A DNA stretch of 52,340 nt from Candidatus Latescibacterota bacterium (GCA_041690195.1 JAWLHT010000002.1:1-52340); one strand, 5' to 3'; shown: positions 11,511 to 21,024, numbered from the stretch's first letter. Program-made: numbers and translations. The notes: generated by a model not told the origin, from the sequence alone.

Positions 11511-12745
11511 TACCTGCTCCCTCCCTCGCTGCCGAGACCGAACGCTTCGTGAAGCGCGACGACGGCGTCGGTCGCGCGGTCCTTTTCCACCACCACGGAG
11601 ATCTTGATTTCCGAGGTGCTGATCATCTTGATATTGATGCCCTGCTCGCCCAGGGTCTTGAAAACTTTCTGAGCCACCCCGGCGTGGGAGCGCATTCCGA
11701 CGCCCACCACGCTGACCTTGGCGATGCTGATGTCACTGGTGACATCTTCGGCATTCACATCGTTTTTGATCCGGTTCATGATGGTGGAAATCTTCTCGAT
11801 ATCGCTCGTGGAGACGGTGAACGAGAGATCGGTGTGGCCGTCCTCGCTGACATTCTGAATGATCATGTCAACGTTGACTCCCTTTTCGGCCAGCGTGGTG
11901 AAAATCTTCGCCGCCACACCGGGCTGGTCCGGTACCCGGCGCACGGTCAGTTTAACCTGATCCAGGTCGTGCGCGACACCCCGCACCAGCACCTGTTCCA
12001 TGGATGCATCCTCCTTTTTGATTATCGTTCCCGGCGCCTCGACATGGGAAAGCCCCACCTTGAGCACGACGCCGTACTTGCTCGCCAACTCCACCGAACG
12101 CGAGTTGAGCACCTTGGCCCCCATGCTCGCCAGTTCGAGCATCTCGTCGAATGCGATTTCATCCACCTTGCGGGCGTTTTTGACGATACGCGGGTCCGCG
12201 GTGAACACGCCCGGCACATCGGTGAGAATTTCACAGACATCGGCCTGGAGGGCGTAGGCGAGCGCTACCGCGGTGGTATCCGAGCCGCCGCGGCCGAGCG
12301 TGGTGATCTCGGATTCTCCGCTCAGTCCCTGGAACCCGGCGACAATGACGATTTTCCCCTTGGCCAGCTCCTCCTTGACCCGGGTGGCCCTGATGTCCAC
12401 GATACGGGCCCGCCGGTGGTAGTTGTCCGTGAAAATCTCGGCCTGCGGACCGGTGAGAGAAACGGCGGCGTGTCCCATGGCCTGGATGGTCATGGAAAGC
12501 ACGGCCATGGAAATCTGCTCGCCGCTGGACATGAGCATGTCCATCTCGCGGTCGGGCGGATCATCCGACACCTGCTTGGCCAGGTCGATCAGGTGATCCG
12601 TGGAATCGCCCATGGCGGAAACCACGACCGCGACATCGTTGCCCGCTTCTTTCTTTTCGATGACGCGGGCGGCTACTTTTTTCATCTTTTCGGCATCGGC
12701 AACGGAGCTTCCGCCGAACTTCATGACTACAAGCGGTCTTTTCAT
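11510..12745 (-). CDS. lysC: Aspartate kinase with two ACT domains
   Basis: KFGGSS, VVSAMG, TLGRGGSDTTA, STSEIKIS; ATGA overlap with the upstream gene. Confidence 0.97.
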   Translation of the reverse strand: MKRPLVVMKFGGSSVADAEKMKKVAARVIEKKEAGNDVAVVVSAMGDSTDHLIDLAKQVSDDPPDREMDMLMSSGEQISMAVLSMTIQAMGHAAVSLTGPQAEIFTDNYHRRARIVDIRATRVKEELAKGKIVIVAGFQGLSGESEITTLGRGGSDTTAVALAYALQADVCEILTDVPGVFTADPRIVKNARKVDEIAFDEMLELASMGAKVLNSRSVELASKYGVVLKVGLSHVEAPGTIIKKEDASMEQVLVRGVAHDLDQVKLTVRRVPDQPGVAAKIFTTLAEKGVNVDMIIQNVSEDGHTDLSFTVSTSDIEKISTIMNRIKNDVNAEDVTSDISIAKVSVVGVGMRSHAGVAQKVFKTLGEQGINIKMISTSEIKISVVVEKDRATDAVVALHEAFGLGSEGGSR

Positions 12746-13938
12746 ACCGGTTTGAAATCTCCGATGAACAGGTTCAGTAAATCGTGACCTTCGATATTCT
12801 GCATCGCACCATTCCCGGCGGCATTTTCCGAGAACGTCTCCATCCCGTCCGACTGCACCCCGGGACCCCACCAGGCGAAGGGAACCGGTTCACGGGTATG
12901 GGTCCGTTTCACCAGCGGCGTCCGGTGGTCGCAGGTGACCAGAACCGCCAGGTCGGAACGGCTTTGGGCCGCCTCAACCAGCGGACTGACCACTTCACGG
13001 TCGAAATCCTCGATCGCTTTTAGCTTGATCGCGGGATCACCGCTGTGACCGGCCTCGTCCGGCGCCTCGACATGGACATAGACAAAGTCCCTGTCCTTGA
13101 GCGTTGTCAGCGCCGCTTCCATTTTGCCTCGGTAGTTGGTGTCGATGTATCCAGTCGCACCCGGAACGAACACGGGTTTCAGACCGGCGGCGATACCAAT
13201 GCCCTTGATAAGATCAACGGCACTGATTACCCCGCCTGTTATCCCGAACCTTTCTTCGATGGTCTCCAGTCCCAGGCTTTTCCCCTGACCCCAGAGCCAG
13301 ACCGCATTGGCTGGATATTTTCCGGAAGCCTCGCGCTTCCGGTTGATGAGCGCGTCCGCGAGAATGATCCGGGACTGCTCCATGATCGCATTCAACTCCA
13401 CCGCCCCATCGCCCTTGGGCAGATAGGGTCCGTATTCCTGTCCGATGATGTCGTGAGGAGGAGTGGTGTCCACGGCATCGGAACCGTCCTCCCAGAGCAG
13501 AAGATTACGGTACGACACGCCGGGATAGAACCGGAGCTTTTCGGTCCCGAGCTTTTCATCCAGGAGTTTCATGAGTTCCGCGCCCTCCTGGGAGGTGATG
13601 TGCCCCGCGGAATAGTCCTCCATGCGGCCGTTCCGGAGCGTTACAATGTTGACCCGGAAAGCCACATCCTTTCGACGCAGGGTGTGTCCCATGCTCAGGG
13701 CCTCGAACACCGCACGGCCGGTGAAAGCCCGGGTAGTGTCGTATCCGAGTATTTCCATGTTGGCCACATCGCTCCCGGGATGCATGGACTCGGGAATGGT
13801 CCGCATCATACCGCCCCGTCCGTTTTTCGCGATCCAGTCCATGCCGGGGGTATCCGCGGCCTCGAGCACGGTCTTTCCGCCCAGGTCGTCCCGGGGGTAG
13901 TCACCCATTCCATCACCGATCAATACCAGAAATTTCAT
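12742..13938 (-). CDS. apgM: ApgM-type cofactor-independent phosphoglycerate mutase family protein (proposed homoserine kinase substitute)
   Basis: IGDGMGD, PGSDVAN, GVSYRNLL, HVEAPDEAGH, DHRTP; located within the thr cluster. Confidence 0.9.
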   Translation of the reverse strand: MKFLVLIGDGMGDYPRDDLGGKTVLEAADTPGMDWIAKNGRGGMMRTIPESMHPGSDVANMEILGYDTTRAFTGRAVFEALSMGHTLRRKDVAFRVNIVTLRNGRMEDYSAGHITSQEGAELMKLLDEKLGTEKLRFYPGVSYRNLLLWEDGSDAVDTTPPHDIIGQEYGPYLPKGDGAVELNAIMEQSRIILADALINRKREASGKYPANAVWLWGQGKSLGLETIEERFGITGGVISAVDLIKGIGIAAGLKPVFVPGATGYIDTNYRGKMEAALTTLKDRDFVYVHVEAPDEAGHSGDPAIKLKAIEDFDREVVSPLVEAAQSRSDLAVLVTCDHRTPLVKRTHTREPVPFAWWGPGVQSDGMETFSENAAGNGAMQNIEGHDLLNLFIGDFKPV

Positions 13939-13943
13939 GTTGT

Positions 13944-14093
13944 TCAACCCACCCATGTAATCTCGTTGCCGGTATATTTGTCACGCCCGAGACTCAGGAT
14001 GGCTACCCAGACGACAGACACGATCACCACCAGGACGCCCAGAGCGACTCCCAGCGTGCTGACATTCATCTTTTCCTTCATTTTTCCGTTCAC
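13944..14093 (-). CDS. Single-pass membrane microprotein (49 aa)
   Basis: GGGAG ribosome-binding site before GTG; one hydrophobic helix (LGVALGVLVVIVSVVWVAILSL); stop ends 5 nt before the apgM start. Confidence 0.7.
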   Translation of the reverse strand: MNGKMKEKMNVSTLGVALGVLVVIVSVVWVAILSLGRDKYTGNEITWVG

Positions 14094-14136
14094 GGTGTAC
14101 TCCCGTTTTCCTGGTTGCCCCGTCCACTTTCTCCCC

Positions 14137-14277
14137 TCAGCAACAGCCGTCATAGTTCCGTTTCCGGATCAGCACGGTGATACCCCAGACGATCGCCGCG
14201 ATCACGGCGACTGAACCGACCGCAACCGTGATGAACGTCAGGTAATTCTCTTCGCAGACCTTCTTCATGTCCTTCAT
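14137..14277 (-). CDS. Single-pass membrane microprotein (46 aa, ends in GCC)
   Basis: Purine-rich ribosome-binding site (AAGGAAAAGGT) before ATG; helix FITVAVGSVAVIAAIVWGITVLI followed by RKR; GC-rich third codon positions. Confidence 0.72.
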   Translation of the reverse strand: MKDMKKVCEENYLTFITVAVGSVAVIAAIVWGITVLIRKRNYDGCC

Positions 14278-14354
14278 GGCACACCTTTTCCTTTCCGTCC
14301 CCAGCGACGAAGCCGGGGAGCCGTTCCGGACCGCGACCGCGGCCAACGGTCCGC

Positions 14355-15410
14355 CTATAGCTTGAGGACGCTCATGACACTCGATTTGTCCGCTTTCACC
14401 TTGACCGGCGGGCTGGCGTACTTCATGGCCCGGTCCGGGTCCTTGAGGCCGTGGCCGGTGAGGGTGCAGACGATAGTCTCGCCACCCTTGAACAGGCCGC
14501 GCTGGTGGCTCTTGATCACCCCGGCCAGAGAGGCCGCGCTGGCCGGCTCCACGAACACGCCTTCCTTCGAGGCGAGCATGGAATAGGCCTCCAGTATCTC
14601 GTCGTCGGTGACCATGTCAATGTCGCCGCCCGACTCGTCGCGGGCCGCCTCGGCCAGACTCCAGGAAGCCGGATTGCCGATCTTGATGGCGGTGGCGATG
14701 GTCTTGGGGTTGTCCACCCGTTCCTTCCGCACGATGGGCGCCGATCCCTCGGCCTGCCAGCCCACCATCTTCGGGAGGCGCGCCATTTTCCCGGCGGCTT
14801 GGTACTCCCTGTACCCCATCCAGTAGGCGGTGATGTTTCCGGCGTTACCCACCGGGAGGAAGTGGTAGTCCGGGGATTCCCCGAGGACGTCCACGATTTC
14901 GAAAGCGCCTGTCTTCTGTCCCTGCAGACGGTAGGGATTGAGCGAGTTCACCAGGGTGATGGGATACTCGTCGGTGATTTCCCGGACCAGGGTGAGCGCA
15001 CGGTCGAAATTGCCTTCCACCTCCACCACCACCGCGCCTTCGATCATGGCCTGGGCCAGCTTCCCGAGAGCGATGCCCCCACCTTCCACCAGCACGATGC
15101 ACTGCATGCCCGCCCGGGCGGCATACGCCGCCGCGGAGGCCGAGGTGTTGCCGGTCGAGGCGCACATGATGACCTTCGAGCCCGCTTCCGCGGCCTTGGT
15201 CACCGCCATGCACATCCCCCGGTCCTTGAACGACCCGGTGGGGTTGAGTCCCTCGTATTTCAGATAAATCTCAGCGTCCAGCCCCAGAAGGCGCGGAATG
15301 TTCTCGCACCGAATGAGCGGCGTATTCCCTTCGAGGAGGGTTATGATCGGCGTTTTATCGGTGACCGGGAGGTATTCCCGGTACCGGTGAATCACCCCCT
15401 GGTACCTCAT
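14355..15410 (-). CDS. thrC: Threonine synthase
   Basis: NPTGSFKDRG PLP lysine motif, CASTGNTSAS, PVGNAGN, EPASAAS, TGHGLKDPD. Confidence 0.98.
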   Translation of the reverse strand: MRYQGVIHRYREYLPVTDKTPIITLLEGNTPLIRCENIPRLLGLDAEIYLKYEGLNPTGSFKDRGMCMAVTKAAEAGSKVIMCASTGNTSASAAAYAARAGMQCIVLVEGGGIALGKLAQAMIEGAVVVEVEGNFDRALTLVREITDEYPITLVNSLNPYRLQGQKTGAFEIVDVLGESPDYHFLPVGNAGNITAYWMGYREYQAAGKMARLPKMVGWQAEGSAPIVRKERVDNPKTIATAIKIGNPASWSLAEAARDESGGDIDMVTDDEILEAYSMLASKEGVFVEPASAASLAGVIKSHQRGLFKGGETIVCTLTGHGLKDPDRAMKYASPPVKVKADKSSVMSVLKL

Positions 15411-15510
15411 TGACTTGTTCTCCACTCTGTATGAAAATTCCTGAATAAAGGTTGTCCGTGTCCGGCGGATTCATGCGGTCCGCCGGGAGCCGTCCGGTAT
15501 GTGTCCGCTT

Positions 15511-16821
15511 TCAGATATCCGCCACCCGGATGAGCTGCACGCGTCCGCTGATGGAACTGAAAGTCCCGAACTCTTTCATGGCGCGCTGCATGTCGCCTTC
15601 GCGGGCTTCGTGGGTCATGATCACCAGCGGGACACATTTCCCGTCATCACCGTTGGCGGTCCCGATCTGGATTACCGAAGCAATGGAGATGTTCACATCG
15701 GCCAGTGTCTTGGAGATGCTCGCCAGCACCCCTGGTTCATCCTTGACGGTGAAGCAGAGATAGTACCGCATCTTCAGCTCGTCCATGGGCGCCAGGGCCG
15801 GACCCTCGCCGTCGGCGAGGATGCGTTTGACATTGGAGGGCGCGCCGGTAACCAGCCGTTCGGCCACATCCAGCGAGTCGGATACCACCGCGGAGGCGGT
15901 GGGCATCATTCCCGCGCCCTTGCCGTAGAAAACCTCCCGCCCCACCGCGTCTCCGTAAATCTCCACGGCGTTGAACTCGTCCTCCACATACGCCATGATG
16001 GAGTCGGTTGAGATGAAGGTCGGGTGCACCCGCAACTCGACCCGGCCGTCCTCGTGACGGCGGGCGATGGCGAGGAGTTTGACGATGTACCCGAGATCGT
16101 AGGCGTACTCGATATCCTGGATGCGGACGTTCTCGATGCCTTCGCAGTAAATCTCGGAGGGAGGAACATCCGCGCCGAACGCCAGCCGGGCGAGGATGAC
16201 CATCTTGTTCAGGGTGTCCGCCCCGGACACGTCGGAAGTCGGATCGGCTTCGGCGAATCCCATCTCCTGGGCGCGCTTCAGCACCTCGGAATAATCCGCG
16301 CCATCCCGCGCCATCCCGGTGAGAATGTAGTTGGTGGTTCCGTTCAGGATGCCGTAAATGCTCTGAATGGTGTTGGCATTGAGCCCGTTCACAATCCCCC
16401 GGATAATGGGGATGCCGCCGCCCACCGACGCCTCGAAGAGATAGGAGGCTCCGGACTCGAGCGCGGCCGTAAACAGCTCGCTGCCATGCCTGGCGACCAG
16501 CGCCTTATTGGCGGTGACCACGCTTTTACCGCTCCGAAGCGCTTTCAGTGTAAACGTCCGGGCGGGCTCGTAGCCGCCCATGAGTTCGATCACGATGTCA
16601 ATGTTCGGATCGTCGAGAATTTCGTTGGCGTCAGTGGTGAGCATGCCCGCCGGCACAGTCACCCCACGGTCCCGCGTGATGTCGAGATCGGCGATTTTCA
16701 CCAGCTCCAGATCGAAGTCGCGGCCCCGCAGGAACGGTTTCTCCCCGGAAAGGAGGAGTTTTGCGACCCCCGTACCGACCGTGCCGAAACCGATAAGTCC
16801 AGCCTTAATCGTGCGTTTCAT
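15511..16821 (-). CDS. hom: Homoserine dehydrogenase with ACT domain
   Basis: GFGTVG, VTANK, EASVGGGIP, NGTTNYIL, AEADPTSD, GAGMMPTASAV. Confidence 0.97.
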   Translation of the reverse strand: MKRTIKAGLIGFGTVGTGVAKLLLSGEKPFLRGRDFDLELVKIADLDITRDRGVTVPAGMLTTDANEILDDPNIDIVIELMGGYEPARTFTLKALRSGKSVVTANKALVARHGSELFTAALESGASYLFEASVGGGIPIIRGIVNGLNANTIQSIYGILNGTTNYILTGMARDGADYSEVLKRAQEMGFAEADPTSDVSGADTLNKMVILARLAFGADVPPSEIYCEGIENVRIQDIEYAYDLGYIVKLLAIARRHEDGRVELRVHPTFISTDSIMAYVEDEFNAVEIYGDAVGREVFYGKGAGMMPTASAVVSDSLDVAERLVTGAPSNVKRILADGEGPALAPMDELKMRYYLCFTVKDEPGVLASISKTLADVNISIASVIQIGTANGDDGKCVPLVIMTHEAREGDMQRAMKEFGTFSSISGRVQLIRVADI

Positions 16822-16861
16822 CGTATTTTTCCCGGGTGTATTGGTCACAGATAGACAACAT

Positions 16862-16890
16862 AAAATAACAGATGCCGAAGGTATGTGCAA
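16862..16890 (-). promoter_or_regulatory. Putative sigma70 promoter of the hom-thrC cluster
   Basis: TTGCAC-17 bp-TATTTT on the minus strand, about 40 nt upstream of the hom ATG. Confidence 0.5.
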
Positions 16891-17242
16891 GCCGAATCGG
16901 AGAACCGGAGGATACCAAAAAAGAATTCAATATATTGAAGGGCAATGGGTTGGACAAGGAAGAATCGCAGGGGCGGGTGCATTGTCAGGACAGGAGAAAA
17001 CACGCGTTTCCGACATCCCCGACGGTTCTGAACCCTCGACTGAATCCGGCGACATCACCCTTTTCCAGAGAGACAGAACAGAATACCTGTATCTGATTGA
17101 ATCGGCAGCATTCTCCTCGGTTCCCCTCCTCTCACGAGAGCTTGTCATTACCCAAGTTTTTTGAAGAAGGGTGAAAGGGTGCAGGTGATTGCTGTACGTG
17201 CTCCACACCTTTGACGTATTGTGTAAATCTAAGCCTCCTATC

Positions 17243-17310
17243 GAGTCATCCCCTTCTTTCACCCATGCAGGCAAAGCCTGCATGGGGCCCTCTCTCGGGA
17301 GAGAGGGGGA
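17243..17310 (+). repeat. Rearranged fragment of repeat family A with an extra hairpin
   Basis: GAGTCATCCCCT core, then CCCATGCAGGC-AAA-GCCTGCATGGG, then CCCTCTCTC-GG-GAGAGAGGG. Confidence 0.65.
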
Positions 17311-17445
17311 ACCCGATGTACACGAAAACGACCGTTTTCATGCGATTCCACCATTTTCCCCGGCTGTCCGGAAAGCCCAACAACCTTTCTCCGAAAAATT
17401 GAACATTTTTCGTATCCCAAGCATTTTGCATCTCAACAGGAACAG

Positions 17446-17479
17446 CAAAAAGGGAGAAGCGTCTGCTTCTCCCTTTTTG
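17446..17479 (-). terminator. Rho-independent terminator after gyrA
   Basis: CAAAAAGGGAGAAGC-GTCT-GCTTCTCCCTTTTTG perfect stem. Confidence 0.9.
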
Positions 17480-17501
17480 TGTTACTGCCCGCTTTCGGGG
17501 A

Positions 17502-20012
17502 TTACTCCCCGCCTTCTCCGATTGCCTCATCCGGGATTTCGGCGTCCTCGATTTCCTCGATGTCGTCGTTTTCGCCCTGCGGGACGCGTTCGACATCCAT
17601 GACGAGGTCGTCGGCGCCGAGATTGATGAGCCGTACTCCCTGGGTGACCCGTCCGAGGGAACGGATATCCTGGACCGGGAGGCGAATCAGGATGCCCTTC
17701 TGGGTGACGATGATGAGTTCGTCGTTGTCCACCACTTCCATGATGGAAACCACATCGCCGTTGCGCTCGGTAGCCTTGATGGACATGACCCCCTTGCCGC
17801 CGCGGTGGATGACCCGGAAGGCGTCGATGCCGGTTCGCTTGCCGTAGCCGTTGCGGCAGACCACGAGCAGGTGGGCGTCGGGCCGCATAACCGCCACCGC
17901 GCCGACCACCAGGTCATCGTTTTCGAGGGTAATACCCTTGACTCCCTGGGAGTTGCGGCCGACGGCGCGGATTTCACGCTCGTTGAAGCGGATGGCCATG
18001 CCCAACTGGGTCTGGATGACGATGTCCTGCTCGCCGTTGGTGAGGCAGGCCGTGATGAGTTCGTCTCCTTCCACGATGTTGATGGCATTGATGCCGTTCC
18101 GCCGCGGGCGGGAGTACTCGGTGAGATCGGTCTTCTTCACAAGACCATGCTTGGTGGTCATGAGCACGAAATGATCCGCGTCGAACTGGCGCACCGGCAG
18201 GTAGGCGGCGATCTTCTCGTCCTTCTGGATTTCGAGCATGTTCACGATGGGCCGTCCCTTGGCGGCGCGCCCGCCTTGCGGCAGATCGAACACTTTCAGC
18301 CAGTAGCACCGGCCGAAATTGGTGAAGAAAAGAATGGAGGAGTGGGTGGAGGCCACGAAGAGGGTCTTCACGAAATCCTCTTCCTTGGTTCCCATGCCCG
18401 TGATCCCTTTGCCGCCGCGGCGCTGACGATGATAGGTCGTGACCGGGATGCGCTTGATGTATCCCTGATGCGAGATGGTGACCACCATGTCTTCCTCGGC
18501 GATCAGGTCCTCCATCTGGATATCCTGACTTTCGTCGATGATCTCGGTGCGGCGCTCGTCGGCGTATTTTTTCTTCAGTTCGTCCAGTTCACCCTTGATG
18601 ATCTGCATACGGAGCGGACGCGAGCCGAGTATGTTCCGGAGACGTTCCATGAGCGAAAGAATTTCCCGGTACTCGTCTTCGATTTTCTGGCGCTCCATGC
18701 CGGTGAGCCGTTTGAACTGCATGTCGAGAATGGCCTGGGACTGGACTTCGGAAAGCTTAAACGTTTCCATGAGTCCATTACGGGCTGCCTCGGTATCAGC
18801 GGAACTCCGGATGAGTGCGATGATCTCGTCGATGTGGTCGAGCGCGATGAGGAACCCTTCCAGAATGTGGGCGCGGGCTTCGGCTTTGGCCAGATCGTAC
18901 TTGGTCCGTCTAACCACCACCTCGTGGCGATGCTCGACATAGTGCCGGATCATCTCCGTGATCGCCATGACCTTGGGCTGGTTTTCCACCAGGGCGAGAT
19001 TGTTGATTCCAAACGTTGTGGAAAGCTGAGTATGCTTATAGAGCATGTTCAGGACGACTTCGGGGAAGGCATCCTTCTTCAGCTCGACCACAATCCGCAT
19101 GCCGTCGCGGTCGGATTCGTCCCGGAGATCCGATATGCCCTCGACTTCCTTGTTCCGCACCAGATCGGCGATTTTTTCGAGAAGATTCGACTTGTTCACC
19201 ATGTAGGGAATCTCGGTGATCACAATACGGGTTCGTTCGCTTCTCGAAGTTTCGCTCTTGATCGTTTCCATGTTCGCCTTGGCGCGGACCGTAACCTTGC
19301 CACGGCCGGTTTCGTAGGCCTGGACGATACCCCTGCGGCCGTAAATGATGCCTCCGGTGGGGAAGTCCGGACCCTTGAGGTATTGCATCATCTGGCGAGG
19401 ATTGATGGTTGGATCATCGATCAATGCTTTGCAGGCGTCCACCACTTCTCCCAGGTTGTGCGGGGGAATGTTCGTGGCCATGCCAACCGCGATACCGGAA
19501 GATCCGTTGCAGAGGAGGTTGGGGAACTTCCCCGGCAGGACATCGGGCATCACGAGGGTTTCGTCGTAGTTGGGGGACATGCTCACCGTGTCCTTGTCCA
19601 GGTCCATGAGCATTTCCATCGCCCCATGGGTGAGACGAGCCTCGGTGTACCGCATGGCCGCCGCCCCGTCACCGTCAACGGAACCGAAGTTCCCCTGGCC
19701 GTCCACAAGCGTGTACCGCATGTTGAAATCCTGGGCCATGCGCACCAGGGTGGGGTAGACCACCTGCTCGCCGTGCGGATGGTAGTTACCCGACGTGTCG
19801 CCGGCGATTTTGGCGCATTTTCGATGCGGCCTGCCGGGCTGGAGATTCAGGTCGTTCATGGCCACCAGGATGCGCCGTTGCGAGGGCTTGAGACCATCGC
19901 GCACATCCGGCAGCGCCCGGGAGATGATGACCGACATGGAGTAATCCATGTAAGAGGTCTGCATCTCATCCTGTATGTCAATCGGGATGATTCGTTCCTG
20001 TTTACCGAGCAT
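17502..20012 (-). CDS. gyrA: DNA gyrase subunit A
   Basis: RALPDVRDGLKP, YHPHG, AAMRYTE catalytic Tyr, GyrA-box QRRGGKG, acidic tail. Confidence 0.99.
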   Translation of the reverse strand: MLGKQERIIPIDIQDEMQTSYMDYSMSVIISRALPDVRDGLKPSQRRILVAMNDLNLQPGRPHRKCAKIAGDTSGNYHPHGEQVVYPTLVRMAQDFNMRYTLVDGQGNFGSVDGDGAAAMRYTEARLTHGAMEMLMDLDKDTVSMSPNYDETLVMPDVLPGKFPNLLCNGSSGIAVGMATNIPPHNLGEVVDACKALIDDPTINPRQMMQYLKGPDFPTGGIIYGRRGIVQAYETGRGKVTVRAKANMETIKSETSRSERTRIVITEIPYMVNKSNLLEKIADLVRNKEVEGISDLRDESDRDGMRIVVELKKDAFPEVVLNMLYKHTQLSTTFGINNLALVENQPKVMAITEMIRHYVEHRHEVVVRRTKYDLAKAEARAHILEGFLIALDHIDEIIALIRSSADTEAARNGLMETFKLSEVQSQAILDMQFKRLTGMERQKIEDEYREILSLMERLRNILGSRPLRMQIIKGELDELKKKYADERRTEIIDESQDIQMEDLIAEEDMVVTISHQGYIKRIPVTTYHRQRRGGKGITGMGTKEEDFVKTLFVASTHSSILFFTNFGRCYWLKVFDLPQGGRAAKGRPIVNMLEIQKDEKIAAYLPVRQFDADHFVLMTTKHGLVKKTDLTEYSRPRRNGINAINIVEGDELITACLTNGEQDIVIQTQLGMAIRFNEREIRAVGRNSQGVKGITLENDDLVVGAVAVMRPDAHLLVVCRNGYGKRTGIDAFRVIHRGGKGVMSIKATERNGDVVSIMEVVDNDELIIVTQKGILIRLPVQDIRSLGRVTQGVRLINLGADDLVMDVERVPQGENDDIEEIEDAEIPDEAIGEGGE

Positions 20013-20147
20013 TGCTTCCTCTTTTTACGATGCAACGTGACCGGGGGGGCGGGTTCACCGGCCGCAGTCGCGGCTTCGTCTTCCTCCCCCGTTTTCCCGT
20101 TCCGCCCTGCGGCGGTCCGGGTTATCACCGTTCTATGAATACAGCTT

Positions 20148-20648
20148 CTATCTTCTTCTCTTCCAACAAAAAATTGTTTCCCGTTCGCCGGGCAGGAAAC
20201 TGCCCGAAGCTGGTTCGGCTCGCCCGTGAGCTGAGATATTCAAGGTCTGCGAAATTCTTACACCCGCCGCGTTTCGCATAGCCGCTGAAATCGGCGGTTC
20301 CCTTTTCGCCATTCTCAAAGATGATTTTGAGGGTGTATTTCTCCATGTGCCGAACCGAGTTGTCGCAATCTGCCAAACTTCTTCCGCGTCGATTCCGAAA
20401 TAATCATGGGCGATGATGTTCCGGAATCCCTTGATTCTTTCCCATTCGACGTGCCTGTTGCGTTCCTTGCACTCAGGGGAAACTCGCGCCACCATCTCCC
20501 CAATGACGATGAAATTCATCATCGCCGCATCAAAGTGCGTTGTGTCGGCATAGAATTCACCGACGCTTTTGAATAATGACACATGACTTTCTATCTTCTC
20601 GATAGCTTCAACAATGGCAAGCAGTGCGGTCCGGTCTCTACTCAACAT
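20148..20648 (-). pseudogene. HepT-like (DUF86/HEPN) ribonuclease toxin that has lost its C-terminus and reads into unrelated sequence
   Basis: IVIGE, FRNIIAHDYFGID (RX4HXY). Family similarity stops at VWQIATT (about 20358), before the usual terminal helix. Confidence 0.75.
20230..20360 (-). pseudogene. DUF2442-like antitoxin remnant
   Basis: VRHMEKYTLKIIFENGEKGTADFSGYAKRGG..FADLEY resembles the N-terminal half of DUF2442; no proper start and no C-terminal half. Confidence 0.55.
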
Positions 20649-20949
20649 ACACCGCCTCGCCGAGCACCTGATCCCGTGCATACGGTTTCAGATATTTCTC
20701 CCGAGCCACGTCCACCCTGCGATGGAAGCGGTTTCCGAAGAATTCCCGCAGCTCCATTTTCAGGTCATAGAGATCGGGGGTATTTTCCTCGAATTCAACC
20801 ACGAGGTCGATATCGCTTTCGGGCCGTTGGTCGCCGCGGGCGAAAGACCCGAAAAGCCCGATCTTCCGGACATGGAAGTGCGCGGCAAGGTATCCGCGGT
20901 TTCGGCGGATAAAATCAAGAATGGCTTCCCTTCCTACTGTCTCTTCCAT
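20638..20949 (-). CDS. Minimal nucleotidyltransferase (MntA-like antitoxin)
   Basis: LFGSFARG..SDIDLVV, RRVDV; GGAGG ribosome-binding site; overlaps the HEPN gene start. Confidence 0.92.
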   Translation of the reverse strand: MEETVGREAILDFIRRNRGYLAAHFHVRKIGLFGSFARGDQRPESDIDLVVEFEENTPDLYDLKMELREFFGNRFHRRVDVAREKYLKPYARDQVLGEAVYVE

Positions 20950-20982
20950 AACCGTCCTCCTCCCGCCATCCATACTCCGTCT

Positions 20983-21024
20983 CCCCCCTCTCCATCTCCG
21001 ATGGAGAGGGAGCGGGGGGTGAGG
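20983..21024 (-). repeat. Half-unit of the CCTCACCCC/CCCTCTCC..GGAGAGGG palindrome family
   Basis: CCCTCTCCATC-TCC-GATGGAGAGGG..GGGGTGAGG, 5 nt downstream of the gyrB stop. Confidence 0.75.

Noticed and set aside
16822-17440. Riboswitch, T-box or attenuator upstream of hom
   Set aside because: No conserved riboswitch motif or Thr-rich leader peptide was recognised by eye; an Rfam scan would be needed to exclude one.
17805-20138. 777-aa plus-strand ORF antisense to gyrA
   Set aside because: Shadow frame of a GC-rich gene with no recognisable motifs. The same applies to 3289-4911, 11549-12787, 43967-45358 and 46443-47882.
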